A DNA stretch of 64,000 nt from Prevotella sp. (GTDB lineage Bacteria > Bacteroidota > Bacteroidia > Bacteroidales > Bacteroidaceae): positions 7,996 through 71,995 of the forward strand of contig JAFUTI010000017.1 of NCBI GenBank assembly GCA_017471465.1, read 5' to 3'. Under the pieces are notes generated by a model. The model saw only the letters and a list, made by a program, of their open reading frames with translations. It was not told where the DNA came from and did no database searches. Numbering within the stretch: position 1 is the stretch's first letter; the number at the start of each line of letters is the position of its first letter. This document shows positions 38,834-49,515 of this stretch, one piece after another. A program made the position numbers and the translations under genes.

Positions 38834-40429
38834 ATGAGAACGATGAAGAAATTACTATTGCTATTCCTGGCGCTTGTGGCCGTCCAGGACATCACGGCCA
38901 AGGACGACATTGCGAACCCGATGCTGTGGGCCGACGTGCCCGATCCCGATGTCATCCGTGTCGGCGACACGTTTTTTCTTGTCTCTACCACGATGCACCT
39001 CATGCCCGGGGCGCCCGTCATGGCCTCGAAGGACCTGAAGAACTGGGAGACCGTCGGCTACATCTTCGACCGCCTGACCGACTCGCCGAAGTACGACCTG
39101 CAGGAAGGAACGGTCTACGGACGCGGCCAGTGGGCGACATCGCTGAAGTATCACGACGGAAAATTCTGGGCACTCCTGGCACCCAATGAGTCCGGCCCTA
39201 TGGGGCAGACCTATATCTTCACTGCTCCGAAGGCCGAAGGTCCGTGGACCATCCACTCGCGTCTGCGCCACTTTCATGACGCCACCCTCTTCTTCGATGA
39301 CGACGGCACGCCCTATGTGTTCTTCGGGACAGGTGAGATGTGCCGGCTGACACGCGACCTGAAGGGCGTCGTCGAGGGCAGTCTCCGTCATTACTTCCAG
39401 CGCGAGGCCGACGAGCGCGGCCTGTTGGAGGGTACCCGTGTCATCAAGCATCGCGGCACCTACTATGCCATGCTGATCAGCCACACCTTTGCTCCCGGCC
39501 GTCATCGCCGCGAGGTGTGCTACCGCACGAAGGACCTGAACGGCAAGTGGGAGAAGAATGTCATCTTGGAGAGCGACTTCGGCGGCTTCTCCTACTTGGC
39601 ACAAGGCACCATTGTCGACACCGAGGAAGGCGACTGGTATGGCATCATGTTTCAGGACCGAGGTGGCGTGGGCCGTGTGCTGACGTTGTCGCCGGTACGC
39701 TGGATTGACGGTTGGCCGATGCTGGGCGACGAGCAAGGAAAAGTGCCTGCGACGATGCGTCCCTATAAGCATGGTGAGGCCGAGAAGCATATCGTCTGTC
39801 CTGACGAATTCAGTTCGCCGAAGTTAGGTCTGCACTGGCAGTGGAACCATAACCCCGTTGACAAGGCGTGGAGTCTGACCGAGCGGCCGGGCTTCCTCCG
39901 GTTAAAGACCAACCGCGTGGTGCCTAACCTCTATCTGGCACCGAACACGCTGACGCAGCGCATGGAAGGTCCGACATGCAGCGGCTTCATCCTGATGGAC
40001 CTGTCGAAGATGAAGGATGGCGACTGTGCCGGTCTGGCTGCCTTCAACGGCGACTCCGGCGTGCTGACGGTGAAGAAACGAGGCCGTAAGCTGACGTTGG
40101 AGATGAGTGAACAGAAGGTCAGTCTCACCGACCGCGAGAAGGCCGTCACCGGCGTCGAGGAGAAGGTCGTCGAGACCGTCCCCGTTGTTGGCACCAAGCT
40201 CTGGCTCCGTCTCGATGGCGACTTCCAGCCCGGTCACCACGATACTGCCAACTTCTTCTACAGCGCGGATGGTGAGAACTGGAAGCAGATAGGTACGAAG
40301 AACTACCGCTGCGTGTTCGACTACCGCCGCTTCTTTATGGGCACGAAGTTCGGCATCTTCAATTACGCCACGAAAAAAGCCGGCGGCTATGTAGACGTCG
40401 ACTTCTTCAGGTATTCTTCGGGATTATAA
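38834..40429 (+). CDS. GH43 with C-terminal beta-sandwich (GH43_10-like arabinofuranosidase/xylosidase)
   Basis: NPMLWADVPDPDVIRVGD..STTMHLMPG, HDATLFFDDDG, LEG, QGTIVDT and WQWNHNP..GFLRL. Start is ATG 38834 or 38843. Confidence 0.9.
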   Translation: MRTMKKLLLLFLALVAVQDITAKDDIANPMLWADVPDPDVIRVGDTFFLVSTTMHLMPGAPVMASKDLKNWETVGYIFDRLTDSPKYDLQEGTVYGRGQWATSLKYHDGKFWALLAPNESGPMGQTYIFTAPKAEGPWTIHSRLRHFHDATLFFDDDGTPYVFFGTGEMCRLTRDLKGVVEGSLRHYFQREADERGLLEGTRVIKHRGTYYAMLISHTFAPGRHRREVCYRTKDLNGKWEKNVILESDFGGFSYLAQGTIVDTEEGDWYGIMFQDRGGVGRVLTLSPVRWIDGWPMLGDEQGKVPATMRPYKHGEAEKHIVCPDEFSSPKLGLHWQWNHNPVDKAWSLTERPGFLRLKTNRVVPNLYLAPNTLTQRMEGPTCSGFILMDLSKMKDGDCAGLAAFNGDSGVLTVKKRGRKLTLEMSEQKVSLTDREKAVTGVEEKVVETVPVVGTKLWLRLDGDFQPGHHDTANFFYSADGENWKQIGTKNYRCVFDYRRFFMGTKFGIFNYATKKAGGYVDVDFFRYSSGL

Positions 40430-40442
40430 CCACTGACACGCG

Positions 40443-41894
40443 TTAGTGGTTGCGGAGGTTCCACTTCGCGTTGTCGCTCTGGAAGTCCCAAGGCGCCAGG
40501 GTGGGAGTGGAGTCGCCGGCGGAGTAGAGACAGAGGCTGGTGTTCACGCCTTCGCGACCGGGGATGGCCTTCGGCATGAGACGGAACGTGCCGTCGGTGG
40601 CCTGCTCGATGCGCCATAGCTGACAGTCGTCGCCGGTGAACGTGGGGACGGTTGTCACCTCGCAGTCGGCGGTGGCACAGAGGGCGCGGTCAGTACCGTC
40701 GATGGTGATCTTGAAGTAGCTGTTGCCCAGATAGCCGACGCCGCTGACGGGCTGGATGTCCCAGCGCTGCCAGGGACGGAACATGTAGTCGCTGCAGCGA
40801 GCGGGGATATTGCCTTCCGGCCACGTGTCGACGACCTCTGCCAAGGTCTGGTTGGGAACGGGCTTCACCGGCTGCTTCAGCTGTTCGCGGTTAAACCATC
40901 CCTGACGCTCCTGCTTCATACGTGTGAAGTCGACAGCCAGTTCCAGGGAGTAGCCGCGGCGCTCGCTCTCAATAGCAAAGGTGCCGCCGCGGAAGTGGTC
41001 GCCAGCGTGAGGCCAGCCGCGGGTCCAGAGCAGTGGACGGATGCCGAGGACGGAGCGGCCGCCTTGGTCGAAGTCGGCCTCGTAGTGGCACGACATCACC
41101 TCGATGCCCTCGTCGATGACGGTACGTCCGAAGTGGCCGGGACCTGTCTTGCGGTCGCCTGCCGCGACGACCATACGTCCGCCGCCGTGGAACATGTCGC
41201 GGCCTACATTGTCTATATAAGGCCCTTCGACAGCACGGGAGCGGCCTACCACGATGTTGTACGTAGAGTTGACACCGTCGCAGCAGGTGCCATGGGTGCC
41301 GAGCAGGTAGTACCAGCCGTCACGGAAGATGAGGTCGGTAGCCTCGCAGTCGATGGCAACGTCCTTCTCGACATTCCCCTTGACACGCCAGCCGGTCTTC
41401 GGGTCGAGCTCAACGAGGCGGATAGTGCCGAAATAGGTGCCGTAGGTAGCCCATAGCCGTCCTGTCGTGGGGTCGAGGAGCAGGCAGGGGTCAATGGCAT
41501 CCTGGTCTTCCATGCCGTCGCTGGAAGCCACTTCGACGGCTTTTGTCCATTTGAAGTCAGCCGCCTTGGGGTTGAGTGTCGTGTTCCACATCGTCAGGAT
41601 GCGTCCGTTGTGTCCGCCGCCCAGTCCGCCGCCTGTGGCACCGTAGATACAGAGGTAGCGGTTGCCTATCTTTATGATGTCGGGGGCAGCACCGCCTCCG
41701 GGCCGGTCGGCTCCCGAGTGCCACGACCAGCCGTCGTCGCTGATGAGTCCGCCGCCGCCGGTGCCGAAAGTGTAGTACTTGCCGTCGCACTCAGCGATGG
41801 TCGACGGGTCGTGGATATAGGGTTCGCCCACTTGTGCCCCAGCGGGGCTAATGAATAATGAGGAAAGAATCAATACTGTCTGGAAGCGTTTCAT
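40443..41894 (-). CDS. GH43 (arabinanase-like) with C-terminal ricin-type lectin-like region
   Basis: IHDPST, AAPDI, AIDP, CEA, GPGHFG; C-terminal WQRWDI and QLWRIEQATDGTFRL. Confidence 0.85.
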   Translation of the reverse strand: MKRFQTVLILSSLFISPAGAQVGEPYIHDPSTIAECDGKYYTFGTGGGGLISDDGWSWHSGADRPGGGAAPDIIKIGNRYLCIYGATGGGLGGGHNGRILTMWNTTLNPKAADFKWTKAVEVASSDGMEDQDAIDPCLLLDPTTGRLWATYGTYFGTIRLVELDPKTGWRVKGNVEKDVAIDCEATDLIFRDGWYYLLGTHGTCCDGVNSTYNIVVGRSRAVEGPYIDNVGRDMFHGGGRMVVAAGDRKTGPGHFGRTVIDEGIEVMSCHYEADFDQGGRSVLGIRPLLWTRGWPHAGDHFRGGTFAIESERRGYSLELAVDFTRMKQERQGWFNREQLKQPVKPVPNQTLAEVVDTWPEGNIPARCSDYMFRPWQRWDIQPVSGVGYLGNSYFKITIDGTDRALCATADCEVTTVPTFTGDDCQLWRIEQATDGTFRLMPKAIPGREGVNTSLCLYSAGDSTPTLAPWDFQSDNAKWNLRNH

Positions 41895-41897
41895 TGT

Positions 41898-43841
41898 TTA
41901 CTGGATGTTAAGGTTTGTAATCGGTTTGTTGTTCTCGTCGATGAAGCGGACACACATATCACTCAGGCCAGGGCCGTTGATGACGGCACTGCGGAGCACG
42001 TGGCGCCCCTTTGTCAGCGTCAGGCGGGCCGACATGCCGTCGTCGCGAACCATACGGCGGTCGCCCTCCAGTAGCAGCACCTCTTGACCGTCGAGCCACC
42101 ACATCGAGGCACCGTTGGAGCCGGCGGCGAGACGGACGTCCGGCATGTCTTCGGGACAGTCGATGACCGTCTCGCACCAGAAGAACGATCCGTAGGTCTG
42201 GCGGCCGTAACGCTCGGCAAAGCGGAAGAGCTTCATGTTATAGGTCTTGCTGTCGAGGGTGTGCCATTTCCCCTTCTGTTTCGGCAGACGGGACAGTTCG
42301 CTGCTGAACTTCTCGCGGAGCCAGGAGTAGGTGAAGACGACGTTGGAGCGCACGTCGACAGCCAACGGCTCCATCAGGCGCCAGCGACGGATATAGCCCT
42401 CGTCGTCGGGCGTTGCCGGACTGGCGTTCTTGACTACCGGTGCGAAATAGGCAGGACGGTTCTTGAACTGCAGCCAGTCGATGCTGACAGGCGTACCCTC
42501 ACAGGTGACGACGAGGGCTGTCGTACCCTGAGGCGTATATTCCAGTGGAACGGTCTGCATCAGCCACTGGCCGCTCTGGTCGCGGCGGAAGGGAACAGGT
42601 GCTCCCGGGCGGGTTATCTCGCTCTTCACCGTCATCTGGATACGGGCGATGACCTTGCCCTTGGCACTGCCCTGGCGGACACAGAATGTCGTGTTCTCGT
42701 CGGCCTTGGCGCGGACGACGAGATAACCGTCGGTGACGGTGCTGAAGTCGACACCGTCATAGCGGACACTGCCTCCCTGGGGTATCGTGACGTACCAGCC
42801 CTGGAAGGTGTCGGTCGTGTCGAGGAGAGCAACGGCTGAGCCCTCGCTGGCTTGGCTGTAGCGGTCTATTTCAACGCGTGAGGTGGCAGATGTTATGCCG
42901 ACGCCACGCAGGGTGGGTTTTACCTCCTCGATGGTGCCGTCGGCACGAAACGTCACCTTGTCGATGCAAACCGAGCGGCGCTTGTCGTCGCGTGGGGAGT
43001 AGTCGTTATGATGGTAGAAGAGATACCACTGTCCGCGGTACTCTATCAGGCTGTGGTGGTTGGTCCAGCAACTGTTGGTATGTTCGGCCATGATGATGCC
43101 CTTGAAGTCCCATGGACCAAGGGGCGACTTCGACATCGCATAGGCGAGCGTCTCCGTGGGGTTGGCCCCATTCTCCTTGCTGCCACGTACCCAAGGGAAC
43201 GTCAGGTAGTACCAGTCGCCGCGGCGGAAGGCAAATGGTCCTTCCTTGAAGCCGTCGGGCAGACCTTTCATCTCCTGCCGTTCGCCGTCAACCTCCTTCA
43301 TGTTCTCTTGCAGTTTGGCGCCACGGATGCCCATGCCGCTCCAATAGATGTAAGCCTGTCCGTCGTTGTCGACGAGCACGCAGGGGTCGATGCCGATAAC
43401 GCCCTTGATGGGCTGCTGCTCCAGTGTGAACGGCCCTTCGGGGCTGTCGGCAGTGGCTACGCCGATGGCAAAGCCGCGGCCTTCGCGTGGTCCATTAGGG
43501 AAATAGAAATAATACTTTCCGTTTTTGTACACACAGTCGGGTGCCCACATCGAGAAGCCGTCGGGCTTGCCCCAGGGCACCCGCTCCTGGCTGACGATGA
43601 CGCCGTGGTCGGTCCATTCCGTCAGGTCCTCTGATGAGAAGACGTGATAGTCGGCCATACAGAACCAGTCCTGCCGCTGCCCCTCAGGGGGGACAATGTC
43701 GTGCGACGGGTAGAGGTACACCTTGTTGTTAAACACACGCGCAGTAGGGTCGGCCGTAAACTGGTCGCGGATGATGGGGTTTTGTGCGGCTGCTGTCAGC
43801 GACAGGCCGAGACACAGTAAGGTTAATGGATGTCGTTTCAT
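41898..43841 (-). CDS. GH43 plus CBM6-like module plus C-terminal beta-sandwich domain
   Basis: The true start is ATG 43841 (MKRHPL..), not 44102. TADPTARVF..YPSHD, WAPD, IDP, EGPF, WTNHHS. Confidence 0.88.
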   Translation of the reverse strand: MKRHPLTLLCLGLSLTAAAQNPIIRDQFTADPTARVFNNKVYLYPSHDIVPPEGQRQDWFCMADYHVFSSEDLTEWTDHGVIVSQERVPWGKPDGFSMWAPDCVYKNGKYYFYFPNGPREGRGFAIGVATADSPEGPFTLEQQPIKGVIGIDPCVLVDNDGQAYIYWSGMGIRGAKLQENMKEVDGERQEMKGLPDGFKEGPFAFRRGDWYYLTFPWVRGSKENGANPTETLAYAMSKSPLGPWDFKGIIMAEHTNSCWTNHHSLIEYRGQWYLFYHHNDYSPRDDKRRSVCIDKVTFRADGTIEEVKPTLRGVGITSATSRVEIDRYSQASEGSAVALLDTTDTFQGWYVTIPQGGSVRYDGVDFSTVTDGYLVVRAKADENTTFCVRQGSAKGKVIARIQMTVKSEITRPGAPVPFRRDQSGQWLMQTVPLEYTPQGTTALVVTCEGTPVSIDWLQFKNRPAYFAPVVKNASPATPDDEGYIRRWRLMEPLAVDVRSNVVFTYSWLREKFSSELSRLPKQKGKWHTLDSKTYNMKLFRFAERYGRQTYGSFFWCETVIDCPEDMPDVRLAAGSNGASMWWLDGQEVLLLEGDRRMVRDDGMSARLTLTKGRHVLRSAVINGPGLSDMCVRFIDENNKPITNLNIQ

Positions 43842-43861
43842 AACGGTTCTTGGTTTTTGTG

Positions 43862-43869
43862 CAAAGATA
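43862..43869 (-). promoter_or_regulatory. -7 promoter box for the GH43-GH43 operon
   Basis: TATCTTTG on the minus strand, 20 nt upstream of ATG 43841. Confidence 0.65.
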
Positions 43870-43917
43870 GGCTTTTTCCCCGAAACAGCCTCGTTAAAAA
43901 TCGTGATAATGGCACGA

Positions 43918-46005
<2,088 letters not shown>

Positions 46006-46020
46006 CCATCTGACCATCAG

Positions 46021-46051
46021 AAAAGCCTGCAAGTGATTGCAGGCTTTTTTT
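46021..46051. terminator. Bidirectional intrinsic terminator between convergent genes
   Basis: aaaagcctgcaa-gtga-ttgcaggctttt followed by further T. Confidence 0.88.
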
Positions 46052-46093
46052 GATGTTGCAGTGCGCTGACGGTAAGTGGTTATTGTCTGTCGT

Positions 46094-47086
46094 TTACAGT
46101 CTGACGCCAAGATAGGCGCGCATAATCCATTTCAGGTTTTGTATTGCCAATTCGTCTTTGTCGCCGAGATTGGTGAAATTGAATACCATCTGCATGCCGG
46201 CAAACATATTTCCGAACTGACGGACGACGGCTCCGCGGCCGGTGATAATCACTTCGGGGTAGTTGTGATGCAGAGGGATGTCATTGCCGGCATAGTTCAA
46301 GGATGTGTTGGTGTAGACGATGAAGGTGGGCAAGGCTGACAGATGGAGGAGCCAGTTGCGGCTTGGTACGTAATTGTAGCCGTAGCCCGCACCAAGTCCG
46401 ATGTTTGTCATCTTGAAGCTGAAATCGATGTTGCCGTTGAGCGCCTCGCCGTGCTGTCCTTGGCCGGAGGCCGCCAACAGGAAACTGCCGGCAGAGCGGC
46501 GCTGGATGTAGGAGTGGGCAAAGGCGGCTGGGTAGGAGAACCGCCGGTGATTGAAGACGTAATAGGTGTTGACGTTAAACGCCCTGAGTTTTAGCATATC
46601 GCTGGGCAGTTTGATGCGGCCGCCTATCCTTTCAGATTCGTGCCATCCTTCGAAGTTCTGTGCGTCCTGGTAAGCGATGTCGAAGCCGAATCGCTTGCCA
46701 TACGACCTGAAGGTCAGCTCGTAGTCATGGTAGTAACCTGCCATCTTAGCGGGATTGAGCGACAGGTTGAGCGACAGCCCTAAATAGCTGACGCCGACGC
46801 TGACGGTGGTCTTGTATTCGGCGTCCATCTCTGACTTGAAATGCAGTCCCTGCTCAATGCCTTCTGCCCTTATCTGTGCGCCCGACACGTTGAGGCGTCC
46901 TGTCAGCGTCCACTTTGTCTGCGGGCGTGAGATGTAGGCAGTGTCGAAGTCAGTACGCTGGTAGCGTCGCATCAGGACGCTGTCCACGAGGTGGTTAATG
47001 GAAAAAATACTCTGTGCATGACTGGCGTGTGGAAAAGTCCACACGGCCAGTGCCATACACAGGAAGTCTATTGTCCGTTTCTGCAT
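46094..47086 (-). CDS. Putative outer-membrane beta-barrel protein (DUF4421-like)
   Basis: DTAYI, YYVFNHRRFSYPAAF..QRRSAGS, GAGYGYNYV and terminal YLGVRL. The start overlaps the upstream gene by 19 nt. Confidence 0.72.
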   Translation of the reverse strand: MQKRTIDFLCMALAVWTFPHASHAQSIFSINHLVDSVLMRRYQRTDFDTAYISRPQTKWTLTGRLNVSGAQIRAEGIEQGLHFKSEMDAEYKTTVSVGVSYLGLSLNLSLNPAKMAGYYHDYELTFRSYGKRFGFDIAYQDAQNFEGWHESERIGGRIKLPSDMLKLRAFNVNTYYVFNHRRFSYPAAFAHSYIQRRSAGSFLLAASGQGQHGEALNGNIDFSFKMTNIGLGAGYGYNYVPSRNWLLHLSALPTFIVYTNTSLNYAGNDIPLHHNYPEVIITGRGAVVRQFGNMFAGMQMVFNFTNLGDKDELAIQNLKWIMRAYLGVRL

Positions 47087-49383
47087 AAGCGGATTTCGCT
47101 GATTCTCGGTGTTTGCTTGCCTTGCTCGGCAGCGAGGCTGAGCTGGAGGGTGCCTTTCGTGCCGGCGGGGAGTTGGAGGGTGGCCATGCCCTGACGGTCG
47201 AAGGTGACTGTGCCGAGCTGTTTCCCGTCGAGGCTCACCACGATAGGCTCACGGTCGGCGAAGCCCTTCAGCCGCAGGGTTGTGGCTCCGTCGGTCTTTA
47301 CCTGATAGGTGAATGCCGAGCGTGTGCGACGCCAGTGGATGCCTTCGTCGGCACCGTTCCAAGAGCCGTTGCCGCTGTAGAAGTGGTCGCTCTCCGACTG
47401 CTGCTCGCCGCAGAAGATCTTGTCTACCGTCAGGGCCTCTAACTCCATGCGGGCCTTCTCGGCGGCAGCCATCTCCTGCTGCTTCGCCGTCCATTCGTCC
47501 TGTGAATAGAGCGGGAAGTAAATCTGGTAGCGGCACTCGTAGAGCTGGTAGAACGGTACGAGTGTCATCCCTTCGTACTGGGGTAGGGTGACGTCCGTCA
47601 GGCGGAAGTTCATGGCTTTGCCATCGACGGGTTTGAGGTGGTTGAGGATGTCATCGGGGGAACCGATGATGGCGGGCATTTGGGTGGCGGGAATCTTCGG
47701 GCCGTTGGCGATGTGGCCGCCGCGGCTGTTGTCGGCATACATACCGTCCTGACGGTCGGTGCCCGTCTTGGCGGCCAGCACGATGGGGCCGTAGAGGAAC
47801 GAGTACTGCGGCTTGCCATCGGGGGTGGTGATGGCCGTCAGGTGCATCGGCAGCTCGACGTTGACGGCATCGCCGTTCTGCCATTTGCGGTCGACGACGA
47901 TGTAGCCGTCTTTCGTCTGGGTGTCAACGGGGGAACCGTTGACAGCGAGTTTGACGCCGTCCGTCCATGCGGGGATGCGGATTTTCAGGGCAAACTTCTT
48001 CGCTTTCTTCATGTTCAGCGTCAGTGTGGTTGACGGCTCCTGGGGGAAGCGGTTCTGCTGAATGACGGTGAGGTCGCCCCATGTCAGCGTCGAGGGGATG
48101 AAGAGGTTGACAATGAGGTCGCTACCCTCGTGGGCGTAAATCATCTCGCCATAGCGGGCGGGGTTCTCCAGTCCCGTTCCCACGCAGCACCACATCGACG
48201 TCTGCGGCTGTGAATAGACGCGATAGTGGCCGGAGCGCATCGGCGTGAAATAGACGAAACCGCCCTGGACGGGATTCAGGATGGAGAGGATGTGGTTGTA
48301 GAGGGCGCGCTCGTAGTAGTCCATAAAGTCCTTGTCGGCACTCGTCTGGTAGAGCATCTTCGTCAGGCGCAACATATTATAGGTGTTACAGCTCTCCGGT
48401 CCCTGCTCTGAGGCTAATAGTCCGCTGAAGTCGTTCGTCGGGTTGAAGTGCTCACGCATGGAGTTGCCGCCGATGCTGACGCTGCGCTGGGCGACGACAA
48501 CGTCCCAGAAGAACTTCGCTGCCTGGTTCCAGTCCTGCAGACCTTCGAGGTCGGCAATGCGCTTGTAGCCGATGACTTTTGGAATCTGCGTGTTGGCGTG
48601 CTTGCCCGTCAGGTTGTCCTTGCTCTCCAACAGGGGTTTCAGCATCTGCTGGTCGCTGAACTGGTGGGCCAGTTTCAGGTATTTCTGGTCTTTTGTGATG
48701 CCGTAGACGTCGGCAAACGTCTCGTTCAGTCCGCCCTGTTCGCTGATGAGCATTTTCTGAATCTGTTCGTCGGTGAGTCCCGACACGAGCTGCACCATCC
48801 AGTCGGTCAGCTTGATGAGCATCGTCTTGGCCTCGCTGCGACCGGCAATGAGGTAGGCATCGCGCAGTCCGGCGTAGATTTTATGGATGTTGTACAACGG
48901 CACCCAGCGGTCGTTCAGTCCGAAGGAGTTGGCGCGGATGTTGCCCTCCGACAGTTCCTTCCATATTTTGCGGCCATTGGGTACACCGCTCAGATAGCCG
49001 TCTCCGGCAGCATCCTGGCAGCGCTTCAACTCGCTCATCACGTAGTCGAGCCGCTTCTCTATCTCGGCATTACCCGTGGCGGCAGCCATATAGCTGAGTG
49101 CCGACAGGTAGTGACCGCCGATGTGGCCGTCGAGTCCGGTGTTCTCCCAGTTGGTGTAGTTCTCTGCCTTGGGCTTCAGGCCTGCCTCCTTCAGGTAGGG
49201 TGCCAGCAGACGGTCGGCATCAAGCCCTAAGAGATAGTGGATGTCCATCTGCTGGTTTTTCAAGAACTGGCTTTCCCCCAGTCTGACGCTACTGATGGGG
49301 AATGACTCTACTCGCGTCGGCAACTGTGCCGTCGCTGTTAAAGCAATGAGTGCAAAACTCAAAAGAACTGTTTTTTTCATCAT
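47068..49383 (-). CDS. GH127/GH146 beta-L-arabinofuranosidase
   Basis: GHIGGHYLSA, EQGGLNE, HANTQIPK, ESCNTYNML, YYERALYNHIL and WCCVGTG (Zn-Cys motif). Confidence 0.9.
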   Translation of the reverse strand: MMKKTVLLSFALIALTATAQLPTRVESFPISSVRLGESQFLKNQQMDIHYLLGLDADRLLAPYLKEAGLKPKAENYTNWENTGLDGHIGGHYLSALSYMAAATGNAEIEKRLDYVMSELKRCQDAAGDGYLSGVPNGRKIWKELSEGNIRANSFGLNDRWVPLYNIHKIYAGLRDAYLIAGRSEAKTMLIKLTDWMVQLVSGLTDEQIQKMLISEQGGLNETFADVYGITKDQKYLKLAHQFSDQQMLKPLLESKDNLTGKHANTQIPKVIGYKRIADLEGLQDWNQAAKFFWDVVVAQRSVSIGGNSMREHFNPTNDFSGLLASEQGPESCNTYNMLRLTKMLYQTSADKDFMDYYERALYNHILSILNPVQGGFVYFTPMRSGHYRVYSQPQTSMWCCVGTGLENPARYGEMIYAHEGSDLIVNLFIPSTLTWGDLTVIQQNRFPQEPSTTLTLNMKKAKKFALKIRIPAWTDGVKLAVNGSPVDTQTKDGYIVVDRKWQNGDAVNVELPMHLTAITTPDGKPQYSFLYGPIVLAAKTGTDRQDGMYADNSRGGHIANGPKIPATQMPAIIGSPDDILNHLKPVDGKAMNFRLTDVTLPQYEGMTLVPFYQLYECRYQIYFPLYSQDEWTAKQQEMAAAEKARMELEALTVDKIFCGEQQSESDHFYSGNGSWNGADEGIHWRRTRSAFTYQVKTDGATTLRLKGFADREPIVVSLDGKQLGTVTFDRQGMATLQLPAGTKGTLQLSLAAEQGKQTPRISEIRLCRNGQ

Positions 49384-49412
49384 GAGGTTTTTACGTTATT
49401 TTGTTCTCGTTG

Positions 49413-49492
49413 CAAATATACTTCATTTTTGCAGAAAAGCCAAACATTTGCCGGCAGAAGTTTGGTAGTTCAACCTTTTATGTCTAACTTTG
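49413..49492. promoter_or_regulatory. Divergent -7 promoter boxes for GH127/146 and GH95
   Basis: TATATTTG on the minus strand (49413-49420) and TAACTTTG on the plus strand (49485-49492). No 7-14-7 operator at the expected spacing. Confidence 0.6.
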
Positions 49493-49515
49493 CAACATTC
49501 TAAAAACTGAAAAAG

